Of a stretch of 64,000 nt of DNA, positions 39,585 through 49,764 are shown piece by piece. The notes beneath the pieces were generated by a model. That model worked only from the letters and a program-made list of their open reading frames with translations, had not been told where the DNA came from and made no database searches. The position numbers and the translations under genes are program-made. Each line of letters opens with the position of its first letter. Position 1 is the first letter of the stretch. Source of the stretch: an uncultured bacterium (GTDB taxonomy: Bacteria; Babelota; Babeliae; Babelales; Babelaceae); assembly GCA_963717435.1 (NCBI GenBank), contig OY970332.1, positions 800,001 through 864,000 on the forward strand, written 5' to 3'.

Positions 39585-40544
39585 CTTTAGCTCTTTCTTA
39601 AATATAGCATCTAGATCTAGTGGGTGGGCTATTAATTTATAATTGGCTTCGTTATGATTCTCTATTTCGCCAAGACTTACCATTTCATTTGTGCAACTTA
39701 TATTATTTTCGATATCTTTTAGAAGCTTATCAATAATTGGGGAAGTTTTTCTTTGTTGTGCAAGATCATCATTTATTATGTAACTTTCTTCGATATAGCC
39801 CCATTTTGATATAAGATGTGCAGCAACATTTGTACTATGGGAATACCCAAGAGCAACAATTATGGTTTTTTGCTTATATTTTCTAAAAAATCTATTAATT
39901 GCATTTTTGACCTGATTATCAATCTCGTCGTTCAAGGTGCTATGTATCGCTATACTTCTATCATCAGGATTATAAAAGTAATTATTCTTATTTATGGGCA
40001 CAAATTTTTTAACTTTAAAATCACCAAATAGCATACGTCCAATTCCACTCATCGGGCTTGGACCAACACGATAACTGAAGTTTTTGTATTTTTTTTCTTC
40101 CCCAATTTTTCTTGCAATATATCCCCACCATTTAGAATGTGTTGCTCCAATTGGTAAGTTCAGTTCGGCCATTTCAACACTCCACCAATCTTCGTCTATC
40201 AAAGATATTCTATTTGTTTTTACTATATTAATTAGATCGTTCTGTTGTTTTATCAAATTGGGTAAATTATTTCGTAGAAGATCTATTTTTTTATTAATTT
40301 CATCAACTTTGTAGGCATATAATTTAAGGTGATTTGTACCTTTTTTATCTATAATATTTTCGATTTCAGCACAAATTTTACTTGTTAAATTAGCATCAGC
40401 TTCTATGGTTGCATGTAGGTCATACAGCACGTATACAACATTATTTGATCTGGTTTGACGCAATTTTTTTAACGCAAAAAAATCTGCTTTAAGAGATAAA
40501 TTGGCTAAATTTATGAGTAGTAAGAATTTTAAGTTGTTTTTCAT
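39579..40544 (-). CDS. Hypothetical secreted protein
   Basis: Signal peptide; VLYDLH near N-terminus and IVALGYSH near C-terminus suggest a metal-binding fold. Confidence 0.7.
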   Translation of the reverse strand: MKNNLKFLLLINLANLSLKADFFALKKLRQTRSNNVVYVLYDLHATIEADANLTSKICAEIENIIDKKGTNHLKLYAYKVDEINKKIDLLRNNLPNLIKQQNDLINIVKTNRISLIDEDWWSVEMAELNLPIGATHSKWWGYIARKIGEEKKYKNFSYRVGPSPMSGIGRMLFGDFKVKKFVPINKNNYFYNPDDRSIAIHSTLNDEIDNQVKNAINRFFRKYKQKTIIVALGYSHSTNVAAHLISKWGYIEESYIINDDLAQQRKTSPIIDKLLKDIENNISCTNEMVSLGEIENHNEANYKLIAHPLDLDAIFKKELKK

Positions 40545-40604
40545 ATTTCCCCTTTTGCCATTAACAAATTTTTTTTAATAGCCTACAAACTCTAATGTAT
40601 CAAA

Positions 40605-41282
40605 TCAATAAATAATTATTGAACCAATCTTTCTATTGTGTAAATCATATTTATTATTGAGAAGATTAAATAACAGCGGCCAAGGTTTATGATAAATTTC
40701 ACCAATATATTCTGCATCAAAAATTTCATTGCTCGCGAGCATAAAAGCTAATTCCATAATAAGATAAGAAGAAGCTATTCCGCATGCTTTTTCAAGATCA
40801 ATTGTTTTTTTGATTCGATCTTTCAAAATTGATTTGACTGCTTCATTAACGTCTTCATAAAATTCATTATTGGTCACATAGAGGTTGTTTAAATACTGTT
40901 TTTGTTGTTGATATGCTGGGTTGTTTTCTATATCACATTCCCAGTTAATTATCTTTATGTGTTGCGTATTTTGACTCGCGTTTAAGAGATCAATACTATA
41001 ACTACAACGATTATACAGATTTTTTCCTTTTGATAGCGCTTCTTTTTTGGCTTGCTGGGTGGTATAACCTAATGCTTCAAACGTGGAAATAGTAGGATAG
41101 TCTGGAATTACTATAATAATCCGTGCAAATAAGGGACCAGTCACTGTGAGTAATTCTACTATTTTTTCCCTGGTAAAGTAGCTATTATTAAGGCTCATGC
41201 CAATAACAACAGTCCCTTTATTTTCCAGAATGCGATAGCCAATTGTATATGATTTACCTATCAAATCTCTTTTAATTTCCAA
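40605..41282 (-). CDS. tRNA-dependent cyclodipeptide synthase (NYH-type)
   Basis: IGMSLNNSYF (GxSxxNxYF), ALGY, YLIMEL (YxxxE), IYHKPWP; 225 aa. Confidence 0.88.
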   Translation of the reverse strand: MEIKRDLIGKSYTIGYRILENKGTVVIGMSLNNSYFTREKIVELLTVTGPLFARIIIVIPDYPTISTFEALGYTTQQAKKEALSKGKNLYNRCSYSIDLLNASQNTQHIKIINWECDIENNPAYQQQKQYLNNLYVTNNEFYEDVNEAVKSILKDRIKKTIDLEKACGIASSYLIMELAFMLASNEIFDAEYIGEIYHKPWPLLFNLLNNKYDLHNRKIGSIIIY

Positions 41283-41594
41283 ATTACCCCCAAATTTTGG
41301 CCAAAATTGCCATAATTCCTAATCTTTTTTAGGCTTTGCACCTAGAAAATGTAATAAAAATATTCTTATAACTAATATATGTTTTCTAATTGGCATTATT
41401 TATTTTACCGATATCTTGAATATTGTAAAGACTAAAATGGCGAATATCTGAGGTATAGGAATTCCAATTCAGTATCACCTTGGCGGCAAAAAAACTTCCA
41501 AATACTACGTTTGTAGAGTAAACTAGATAAAAAATATTGACTATCCGATCAAATATTGTTTTTTGTAACAAAAGAAAGAACTATAAGAATAAAC

Positions 41595-42293
41595 ATGAAC
41601 TATTTTAAAATTTTCTCGATTCTAATTTTATTTACACTGTTTTTGAATAATGATTATTCCATGGAGATTGAGAAGTCAAAGTTGGATGAGGAATTTATAT
41701 CTGATTTGAAGCTGCCCTTAGATCAAGAAGATCCATTAAATCTTGAAAATTTGAAAAGTGATTTAAAATTAGGTTCCAACCCTAATCTAATTACTAAAGG
41801 AACATTTGGCTCGAATCTTACTATATTAGATATAGCAGTATCAGATTTAAGAAATTTGGAACTAGTAAAATTATTGTTAAAATCTGGAGCTAATCCTAAT
41901 CTTATTTCTCCCTCCAAAAAATTTACTCCTTTAGATAATGCTTTATATAAAATGCTTACATATGTAAATCAAGATATTTTTGAAGTCTCTAATCAAGATA
42001 TAGTAGCAAATATGAATAATCTGATTGATATAGCTACTGTTTTATTGGAGCATAGTGCGAACCCCAGGATTAGCCAATATAAAACTTATTCTGCTATGAT
42101 ATTTGCAGATCCAGCTAAAGTAGCCAGAAGCTTTTATGATAATGGAATGTGGGATAGCTTTGAACTTCTGGATAAAGTCGTGAACCGATTAGAAGATCTC
42201 ATGAAAGATGAGCACCTTGAGGTTCTAAAGTATTTAGAATTTAAATCTAAACTAGACAATCTGGAAAAATTAATGTTAGAAGCTACTAAATAG
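41595..42293 (+). CDS. Secreted ankyrin-repeat protein
   Basis: LELVKLLLKSGANPN, TPLDNAL, LLEHSANP; signal ending DYS-ME. Confidence 0.85.
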   Translation: MNYFKIFSILILFTLFLNNDYSMEIEKSKLDEEFISDLKLPLDQEDPLNLENLKSDLKLGSNPNLITKGTFGSNLTILDIAVSDLRNLELVKLLLKSGANPNLISPSKKFTPLDNALYKMLTYVNQDIFEVSNQDIVANMNNLIDIATVLLEHSANPRISQYKTYSAMIFADPAKVARSFYDNGMWDSFELLDKVVNRLEDLMKDEHLEVLKYLEFKSKLDNLEKLMLEATK

Positions 42294-42360
42294 AATAAAA
42301 GATTTATCACATTAAAAATCTATCTTAAAGTACAGCGCCCCTAATTTAAAAGGGATAATT

Positions 42361-43386
42361 ATGAAAATATTAAAAAAAACACTTTCTTTGTTGTTTGCGT
42401 TTGCCATATTAATGACAATAGTTTTTATTAATCTTTATCTAAATAAAATTAGTTTTAATCCAATCTCAGAAGATGCACAGAAAAATTCTTTCCTTATTTT
42501 GTTTGCCATTTTATTTATTGTTTTTTTATTAAAAGATTTTCGCAAGCATATTTCTTTATATAACAAGCAAAGAAGAAGTTTATCTGAACGCCGCCTCTCA
42601 TCCATGATTTATGTCGGGAAAGCATGGGTGATATCATCTTTGTTATCAATTATAATTTTTAGTGTTTTTATTGGTCTTTTTAAATTATTTATCTCTTTCA
42701 CTACAGGATGCGATAATAATGTTGGTTCAAGAAAACAAGAAGCAATAACTCTAGTACATAAAGAAATAAAAGAAGAAACTCCAAGTTTGGATCTTAACTG
42801 CCAATATCCTGAATTTGAAAATGGCCCCGAAGAATTGAATGAGCAAATTAAAAAATACATAGATGATAATGTTACATCGGCTAGGGAAGGTGCTAAGGAA
42901 ATTTATCAAGAATATCAAGATGAGATAGCCTCAGACCCCGACCCGTATTTAATTCGTTGCAATGATGGAGGATCTTCGCTTGAAATTGATTATAAAATCA
43001 TACAGTTAAACAAAGAATATATCAGCTTAAGGTTTTTTAGTATTTTTTGTTGCTCTGGCGCAGCCCATCCGGCAACGGAATGGAAAAGTTTTAACTATGA
43101 CCTCAAAAAGAAAAAATTCTTCACGCTTCGAGAATTTTTTAATGATGATTCCTCTTTTTTATTTAAGCTTTGCGATCTTTGCAAGAAAGAAGTAAGAAAG
43201 GCGGGCAATTCAAGCTATACAGATGAATTCGAAAGAGATGGTACCATAATGGGATGGGATACTATTGATAGTGGTTGGAAAAAATTTGAAGCATTTACGC
43301 TTACAGATGACGTAATTAATTTATACTTTGACTGGGGAGCTTGGCATGGTGTTGAATTTGTTCTATTGCGTAAAGATATAATATAA
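42361..43386 (+). CDS. Membrane protein with PdaC/RsiV-like (DUF4163/DUF3298) domain
   Basis: Three N-terminal TM helices; YP......LN..I, YISL.F, GAAHP, SFNYDL...L..FF. Confidence 0.75.
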   Translation: MKILKKTLSLLFAFAILMTIVFINLYLNKISFNPISEDAQKNSFLILFAILFIVFLLKDFRKHISLYNKQRRSLSERRLSSMIYVGKAWVISSLLSIIIFSVFIGLFKLFISFTTGCDNNVGSRKQEAITLVHKEIKEETPSLDLNCQYPEFENGPEELNEQIKKYIDDNVTSAREGAKEIYQEYQDEIASDPDPYLIRCNDGGSSLEIDYKIIQLNKEYISLRFFSIFCCSGAAHPATEWKSFNYDLKKKKFFTLREFFNDDSSFLFKLCDLCKKEVRKAGNSSYTDEFERDGTIMGWDTIDSGWKKFEAFTLTDDVINLYFDWGAWHGVEFVLLRKDII

Positions 43387-43414
43387 GAAGATCTAATTTA
43401 AGGGATTAATTAAT

Positions 43415-43732
43415 ATGATAACTTTAAACAATCAAAATCTTGAACAGGTCGTAGAAAAATCTACAAAGCCAGTAATTATTGACGTTTTTGCCACTTGGTG
43501 CGGTCCCTGCAAATATATGGCCCCAATTCTTGATGAATTAGAAGAAGAACTTGGAGATAAATACACTTTTGCTAAGTTCAATGTTGAAGAGTCAAGAGAT
43601 TTGGCAATAAAATATGGAGTTACTTCATTTCCAACTTTTATTTTTATTAAAGATAATAAAGTAATAGGTAAAGTTATTGGTGCTAGGTCAAAAGAGGATT
43701 TTCAAGATAAAATTGAATTATACTTTGCGTAA
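43415..43732 (+). CDS. trxA: Thioredoxin
   Basis: ATWCGPCK, 105 aa. Confidence 0.93.
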   Translation: MITLNNQNLEQVVEKSTKPVIIDVFATWCGPCKYMAPILDELEEELGDKYTFAKFNVEESRDLAIKYGVTSFPTFIFIKDNKVIGKVIGARSKEDFQDKIELYFA

Positions 43733-43743
43733 AATTTAATTAG

Positions 43744-43761
43744 GGGAGAAAATTTTCTCCC
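43744..43761. terminator. Probable terminator hairpin between convergent genes
   Basis: GGGAGAA-AATT-TTCTCCC followed by a T-rich tract. Confidence 0.55.
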
Positions 43762-43762
43762 T

Positions 43763-44683
43763 TCAATTTTTTTTAGATGGAAAGAATCCTAATCCATTTA
43801 GAATAAGATCCAAATTTTGAATCGCTTGTAAGCTTCTTTTATAAAAGCTGATTTGGTCTGGATTAGTTATATTAAATTTTCTAAGAAACTCTTCTACGTT
43901 CGAGAATTTTATAACCAGCGTATGATAAAATAGTTTGAAATTAGGCGCGGATTTATTTGTTTCTACAATCTTTCCAGAATTGTACAGCTTTATACTCTCT
44001 TGAAATTCATCTATTAACTTTTGCATTAGTTTGGAATTTTTGATTTCAACATGTTTTTTTTCATATGCTTTAAGTTTTCTTTTGCTAAACGAATTCATGG
44101 GCGTATAGTATTCAATCGCCCAGATATTATAAATATCCCCCAATTTGTCAGCCATATTTATGATATCTTTTTGTTCTGACGTCAAATTGTCCAAAGTATA
44201 TAAGAAAACCGGGTGCAAGTCATAAGTCTTAAGAATAGCAAAGTAACCGTAATTGTTTATGGTTAGAGATTCTGCTGATATTATCAAATCTTTATCTCCA
44301 AGTAGACCCATGTTTTTTAACCTAATAAATTGATCTTTTGTATCTATTTCTAGATCTTTGAATAGTTGGTCTTTATCAGAAAGCTTATTTTTTAAAATAT
44401 TCGCAAAAGTTAATACAGGTTCAGATATCTTGATATTGATATTTAAAACTCTATTTTCTTTATAATTATTATATACAGCCAAGTCGCCTTCAAGTGCACA
44501 TTTAAGCTGCTTATAGTCATCAGAGTTCTTAAGAGTTTCTATATCGGAAGCATCAGCGGTCTTAAAGCACTTTAAAAAAGCTTTATAAGCCTTATCAGCC
44601 AATTCAGGCATCTTGCTATTATCCAAAGCAGAAATCGGTAAACTTAGGGCTATTGTTATAGCCAGAAACAGGTTGTTTTTCAT
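43763..44683 (-). CDS. Hypothetical secreted protein
   Basis: Signal peptide MKNNLFLAITIALSLPISA; helical, possibly two internal repeats. Confidence 0.7.
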   Translation of the reverse strand: MKNNLFLAITIALSLPISALDNSKMPELADKAYKAFLKCFKTADASDIETLKNSDDYKQLKCALEGDLAVYNNYKENRVLNINIKISEPVLTFANILKNKLSDKDQLFKDLEIDTKDQFIRLKNMGLLGDKDLIISAESLTINNYGYFAILKTYDLHPVFLYTLDNLTSEQKDIINMADKLGDIYNIWAIEYYTPMNSFSKRKLKAYEKKHVEIKNSKLMQKLIDEFQESIKLYNSGKIVETNKSAPNFKLFYHTLVIKFSNVEEFLRKFNITNPDQISFYKRSLQAIQNLDLILNGLGFFPSKKN

Positions 44684-44941
44684 ATTTTTCTCCACTTAAT
44701 TAAAATTACAGGTTAAATCAGGTTGATTTTCCTAAAAACCCCCTATCTTTAACTCTTATTATAATAGTACCAATATCTGTATTCTATGTAAAAAGCCCTC
44801 CAGTTTAGAAAGGTCACAGAGGATTAACAACAGGGAGATTCAGTCTCATATATATGAACCAGGACGGGCGGTTTTGTTTTTATGATTTTTTGGTAAAATT
44901 AATATTAATAGTTAAAATAGCCTAAAAATAGAGGTAAATTC

Positions 44942-46420
44942 ATGAATTTTTTATCAAAAATCAACTTTAAAAAGTTGTTGTATATAGTTTTAGTCTTAAA
45001 TTCGACATTTTTAGTAAACCTAAAATCTGATATTCAATCCAAAGTTGTTAATTTTTCAGTAGGCCAAGACATGACTGCTGATGAGACTTTTACTGGAGCA
45101 GAAGCAATCAATCTATCTGTAGGTGAGACCTTAAGGGGCTCAGGAAACTTTAGGGCGCCAGTTATTGATATTACAGCCAAAAAGTTTGAGTTTACAGGTA
45201 CAATCCATTGTGACAATGTATGCAATATTACAACCCAAGAACCATTTAATGAAAAAATGTTTAAAAGATCTGGTAAGGGGAAATTTATAATCAAAGCAGA
45301 CCCAAATCTTGATCTTAATGGGTCAAATAAAGACTTTTCAAACTTACTTAGTCCAGTTGCAATGCCAACCTCAAAACCATATATTCCCAATATTCCTAAG
45401 ATCGACCCCTATGTTTCCAAAGAATTTGATTTTAACGGGTCAACATTTACCTTCAATGGTCAAGGCAACATAGATATAGCAAGTGCTATAGAAACGGGAA
45501 GTCTTGAAGAAGTTAATATGCTTTTAGAGAAAAATCAGGATATTAAAAATAATAAGCAGTCGCTTAATATTTTTATGGGAATGGCGGGTGTTTATGGGCA
45601 CATTAATATTGCCCAAGAATTTATAAAACTAGGAGCTGATGTTGATACCAAAGATACTTGGGGCAACTCATATATGCTTATGAGTGTTATAAGGAAACAA
45701 GCTAATCTTGTTGAACTGTTAGTTAAATCAGGGGCTAATCCGAATGTTGAAAACAGAATGGGGGTACCAGTACTAATATTAGCAGTAATGGAAGGAGACT
45801 TAGAAACAATTAAAGTTCTTGTTGAGTCACCTAAAATCCTTATAGATGCCAAAGACAATCTTGGGCAAACTGCCTTAATGCATGCTTCACATAAAAATTT
45901 CACCCAAATTGTTGATATTTTATTAACTGGGGGCGCAGATCCAGATATGAAAACTTATTTCGGCATTACCGCGTTAGATATAGCTATAGATAAAAGGCAT
46001 TATGAGGTTGAAAAGCTAATCAACGAATATAAGAGAATTAAAGACGAAAAAATCTCTTCTGAAAAAAGAGCTAAAGATCGTAAGCTACTTCTTGAAAAAT
46101 CAAAAGAAAATCTTGAAGCGGAATCCTATCTTCATAAAGAAAAACTTGATCAAGCTAGAGATGTTTCAGCCTTATATTCAGGTTTAAAAAAAGTGGGAAT
46201 AGGTGGAATATCTTTGGTTCTTTCGTATTTTGCATTTAAAAAGGGCGACACCAATATGAAATTTTATGCTGCCGGTGCATCAATTATATCCGCGGGTTTG
46301 ATAGCTTTATCTTTTCATGATTTTTCTAATTGGTTAAATCCTCGACATACAGAAAAGTATGAAGAGCTTCTATTGAAAATTAAGAAAATTGATCAAGATT
46401 TAGCAAAGTTGGAGAAATAG
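44942..46420 (+). CDS. Secreted ankyrin-repeat protein with C-terminal TM hairpin
   Basis: About 6 ankyrin repeats (GADVD, GANPN, GQTALMHA, GITALDIA); two hydrophobic helices near C-terminus. Confidence 0.88.
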   Translation: MNFLSKINFKKLLYIVLVLNSTFLVNLKSDIQSKVVNFSVGQDMTADETFTGAEAINLSVGETLRGSGNFRAPVIDITAKKFEFTGTIHCDNVCNITTQEPFNEKMFKRSGKGKFIIKADPNLDLNGSNKDFSNLLSPVAMPTSKPYIPNIPKIDPYVSKEFDFNGSTFTFNGQGNIDIASAIETGSLEEVNMLLEKNQDIKNNKQSLNIFMGMAGVYGHINIAQEFIKLGADVDTKDTWGNSYMLMSVIRKQANLVELLVKSGANPNVENRMGVPVLILAVMEGDLETIKVLVESPKILIDAKDNLGQTALMHASHKNFTQIVDILLTGGADPDMKTYFGITALDIAIDKRHYEVEKLINEYKRIKDEKISSEKRAKDRKLLLEKSKENLEAESYLHKEKLDQARDVSALYSGLKKVGIGGISLVLSYFAFKKGDTNMKFYAAGASIISAGLIALSFHDFSNWLNPRHTEKYEELLLKIKKIDQDLAKLEK

Positions 46421-46426
46421 AAAATA

Positions 46427-47407
46427 ATGAATTTTAACGAAGGTACAAAATTATTAATTTTATTTGTTTTAATTTTATTTATTGGAATTAAAATAAAAGA
46501 TTCTTTTAAATTTACTAGATGTACAACTTCTCACATTACTTCATCTTCTCCAATAATTACACTTAAAATATCAACTGACATTTCAAAAGAAAGTGTAATT
46601 AAGCTTTTCAAACAAGGATTTAATGTCAATGCTATATACGATGGTGGAACGACATTATTATATCAAGCAGTTGGTCAAAATGATTTAGAATTAGTTAAGT
46701 TTTTAATTAATAATGGTGCGGGTGTAAATATGCCTTGTGCTGATGGATCAACTCCTTTAGCAGGCAGTGCATTTTGGGGATATTATAAAATTTGTGAGCT
46801 ATTATTAGAAAATCAAGCAGAGGTTGACAAAAGACCATCTACTGGCTCAACTCCTCTTTTAATAGCAGCTTCTTTGGGACATAAAGATATATGTGAGCTT
46901 TTATTAAAATATGGAGCTAACCCAAATGAAGGGGATAAAAATGGTGAGCCACCAATTATATCAGCCACAATTAAGGGCCATATAGATATATGTAAATTAT
47001 TAATAAAGTATAAAGCTGATATTAATAAATCATTACCCACAGGAGAGACCGCTTTATGGTTTGCTTGCTTATGCAGGCACAATGATATAGCTAAACTGTT
47101 AATAGAAAATGATATACATGTAAATAAAACGGGCAAAGATAATTCAACCCCTTTATTTGTAGCCGTTCAAACGGGCAATGAATATCTTTGTGATCTTTTA
47201 ATAAAGCATAAAGCAGATGTTAATAAGCCTATAAACAATGGACAAACACCTTTGCTTATGGCTGCTTACAAGGGTTATTATAATATTTGCAAAATGCTAT
47301 TAGAAGCCGGCGCCAATGTTAAAATGGGTTTTCAAGGTAAGCTACCAATTGACTATGCAAGAGAAAATAATCATTCAAAAATTGTTAAATTACTTAATAA
47401 TAGATAA
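46427..47407 (+). CDS. Ankyrin-repeat protein
   Basis: About 8 canonical G.TPL..A...G...IC.LLL..GA.VN repeats; N-terminal TM/signal. Confidence 0.93.
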   Translation: MNFNEGTKLLILFVLILFIGIKIKDSFKFTRCTTSHITSSSPIITLKISTDISKESVIKLFKQGFNVNAIYDGGTTLLYQAVGQNDLELVKFLINNGAGVNMPCADGSTPLAGSAFWGYYKICELLLENQAEVDKRPSTGSTPLLIAASLGHKDICELLLKYGANPNEGDKNGEPPIISATIKGHIDICKLLIKYKADINKSLPTGETALWFACLCRHNDIAKLLIENDIHVNKTGKDNSTPLFVAVQTGNEYLCDLLIKHKADVNKPINNGQTPLLMAAYKGYYNICKMLLEAGANVKMGFQGKLPIDYARENNHSKIVKLLNNR

Positions 47408-47463
47408 AATTTATTAAGTTTAATTTATTCATATCTAGAGAATAATTTTAATAAGGCATTTCT

Positions 47464-48009
47464 ATGATTAGCAATAACAAAAAAATCTATTTCGCTGGGC
47501 CATTATTTAATAACGCTGAACTTGAGTTCAATGTAAAATTAACTGAGAAGTTGGAAAACTTGGGTTATGAAGTTTTTTTGCCGCAAAGAGATGGAATTGA
47601 GAATAAGTATCTGGATGAAATGGGGCAAGTCAAAGTTGAAGTTACTCGACCTCATATCACAATAGATCAAAGAGAGGCTGCAATATTTGCCATAGATAGA
47701 GATAAAGTATTTGAAGCAGATATTTTCTTATTTATTCTAGATGGACGAATTCCTGATGAAGGCGCTTGCCTTGAACTTGGTTTAGCTTATACACAAAGAT
47801 ATTTTGGTCATGCTAAAAATAAGATTCTGATTGGATTGCATACTGATGCAAGGGCCGCTTTTATTTCAAGTAAAATTAATTGCATGGTTTCTGTTCCATT
47901 AGATAAAATTTTTTCAAACACACCAGATCTTTTAGATTTTTTTAAAGATTTAAATCAAAATCAGTTTTTAAATATTAACCCAAGTAAGATAAATAATTTA
48001 AGTTTATAA
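47464..48009 (+). CDS. Nucleoside 2-deoxyribosyltransferase family protein
   Basis: KIYFAGPLF, VFLPQ, D....AD, DG..PDEG..LELG.AY, N.M. Confidence 0.88.
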   Translation: MISNNKKIYFAGPLFNNAELEFNVKLTEKLENLGYEVFLPQRDGIENKYLDEMGQVKVEVTRPHITIDQREAAIFAIDRDKVFEADIFLFILDGRIPDEGACLELGLAYTQRYFGHAKNKILIGLHTDARAAFISSKINCMVSVPLDKIFSNTPDLLDFFKDLNQNQFLNINPSKINNLSL

Positions 48010-48010
48010 A

Positions 48011-48850
48011 ATGAAAATAATTAAATTAAGTTGTTTAAGCTTGTTTTTATCTACGCATGTTTGGGCAAATAAGATGTTAATTGATGTTATAAAAAAAAGT
48101 AAAAACCCATTAAGCTATGATCTTGGCATTAAAATAATTCCAAGCAAGGTTAATGATTCAAAAATTATGATATGTTGCCATGGATATGGGCATAATAATA
48201 AAATTGCAGATGTTATAAATTCTTATAAAGTTGTTAAAGACAACTTAGTCTCTTTTAATTTTCCTGACTTTAATATCACAGATGAATCTGACCATAATAA
48301 ATCTTGTTTTGGTAGCATCAATGAGATTTTGCCACTTTTATATGTAATAAAACTTTGTGTGATTGAAGGCAAGCAAAGTACTATTAATCTTTATGGTTTT
48401 TCTGCTGGTGGCGGCGCGATAATTAATTTATTGGCTATTTTAAATCAAGATACTTTTGATAAAAAACTTCAAGAAATTGGTATAAATAGTGCTGAAAAAA
48501 GATTAATAATTGATGCTCTTCAAGCGGGAAATATAATATTAGATTGCCCCTTAAAATCCATGGACGAAATCATAGCTTTTCGTGGGGATTGGATAGGTTT
48601 TAAAATTGTGGCCCAAAGATATGTTATTAATAATATGCGCCCAATTGATAATATTAAAAAATTGGCTGGCTTAAAATTAAATATATTACTTCATTTTCAA
48701 AATCCAGATGAAATATTGAGCAACAGAGATGATGAACTATTTATTGACGAGCTTAAGAAAGTTAACAAAAATACAAAAGTTGTTATAGCATCAGAAGGTG
48801 GTCATAATGTATTTCACAAAAAATTGTGGGAAGCTTACAGATGTTTTTAA
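48011..48850 (+). CDS. Secreted alpha/beta hydrolase
   Basis: HGYG, GFSAGG nucleophile elbow, DEI, GGHN. Confidence 0.85.
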   Translation: MKIIKLSCLSLFLSTHVWANKMLIDVIKKSKNPLSYDLGIKIIPSKVNDSKIMICCHGYGHNNKIADVINSYKVVKDNLVSFNFPDFNITDESDHNKSCFGSINEILPLLYVIKLCVIEGKQSTINLYGFSAGGGAIINLLAILNQDTFDKKLQEIGINSAEKRLIIDALQAGNIILDCPLKSMDEIIAFRGDWIGFKIVAQRYVINNMRPIDNIKKLAGLKLNILLHFQNPDEILSNRDDELFIDELKKVNKNTKVVIASEGGHNVFHKKLWEAYRCF

Positions 48851-48873
48851 TTTTTTATAATTTTGGAGATAAT

Positions 48874-49251
48874 ATGAAATTTAAGCTAGCTTTATTTGCA
48901 TCTTTTACTTTATTTTTAACAATAAGGAATTCTTATTGTATGGAGAGCAGTTATGACAAAAAGGCTTTAAAAGTATTTAAAGAAGTAGATGAAATAAAAG
49001 CTCTAATGGAAAAAAACGTTGCTAATCTGCGTCCCGTTGAAGAAATACTTGCTGAAAATGATGAAGACCGCTTTGAAAGAGATGCTAAAGAATTTCTGAA
49101 CAAAATGAAAGTGCTTGTTAAGGTTATGGAGGTTATGGAAGAGCACACAGCTCGAGAAGAAAATAGTGTCGCGCCTGACAAAAAAGAAAGAGTAAAAAAT
49201 AATAGTTTATTGTCAAAATTACGGGCTAAGAATTATATATTTAAGGATTAA
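48874..49251 (+). CDS. Small secreted helical protein
   Basis: GGAG RBS before ATG 48874; signal ending SYC-ME. Confidence 0.7.
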   Translation: MKFKLALFASFTLFLTIRNSYCMESSYDKKALKVFKEVDEIKALMEKNVANLRPVEEILAENDEDRFERDAKEFLNKMKVLVKVMEVMEEHTAREENSVAPDKKERVKNNSLLSKLRAKNYIFKD

Positions 49252-49254
49252 TTT

Positions 49255-49764
49255 TTATAGCAATAATGTTTTAATCCGCCCAATATTAGTTCCATTAGTA
49301 GATACCTCAAAAAAATATTTTAACTGCCAAGCTTGAGTCTTCTTTGCTTGGAGATTATCAACTATATCCCATGGTGGATATACTCTCATTGCTCTTTTTC
49401 CACCAACTCCATCTTTTGATAGAATATCTTTCTCATACAAAACATTTTTTGGAAAGACAAACTGACCAAATTTTTCTCCATCACGAACGCTTACAACTAG
49501 TAAATCAAATTGATCTGATAAGTCATATGGCTCAATTGGCCCACTTGAACTGCGCTTGTAAAAAGTAACAAATTGTCCAATTTTAGTTGGAGTAATTTTT
49601 GCTACTCTAAATTTTATAATTTTTTTATCGAGCGCAAATGTGCAGGCGGCATAGTCTTGACTTTCTGTATCTTTAACTAAGTTTTTAAATACTAATCCGG
49701 CAGGCTCATAAACCAGTTTTTGAATTTCAATAAGATCTGGATGGATATCAAAAGCGTTTTTCAT
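49255..49764 (-). CDS. MepB family protein
   Basis: FRVAKITPTKIGQFVT.YKR, GQFVFPK, GKRAMRVYPPW, AKKTQAWQL.YF. Confidence 0.9.
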   Translation of the reverse strand: MKNAFDIHPDLIEIQKLVYEPAGLVFKNLVKDTESQDYAACTFALDKKIIKFRVAKITPTKIGQFVTFYKRSSSGPIEPYDLSDQFDLLVVSVRDGEKFGQFVFPKNVLYEKDILSKDGVGGKRAMRVYPPWDIVDNLQAKKTQAWQLKYFFEVSTNGTNIGRIKTLLL

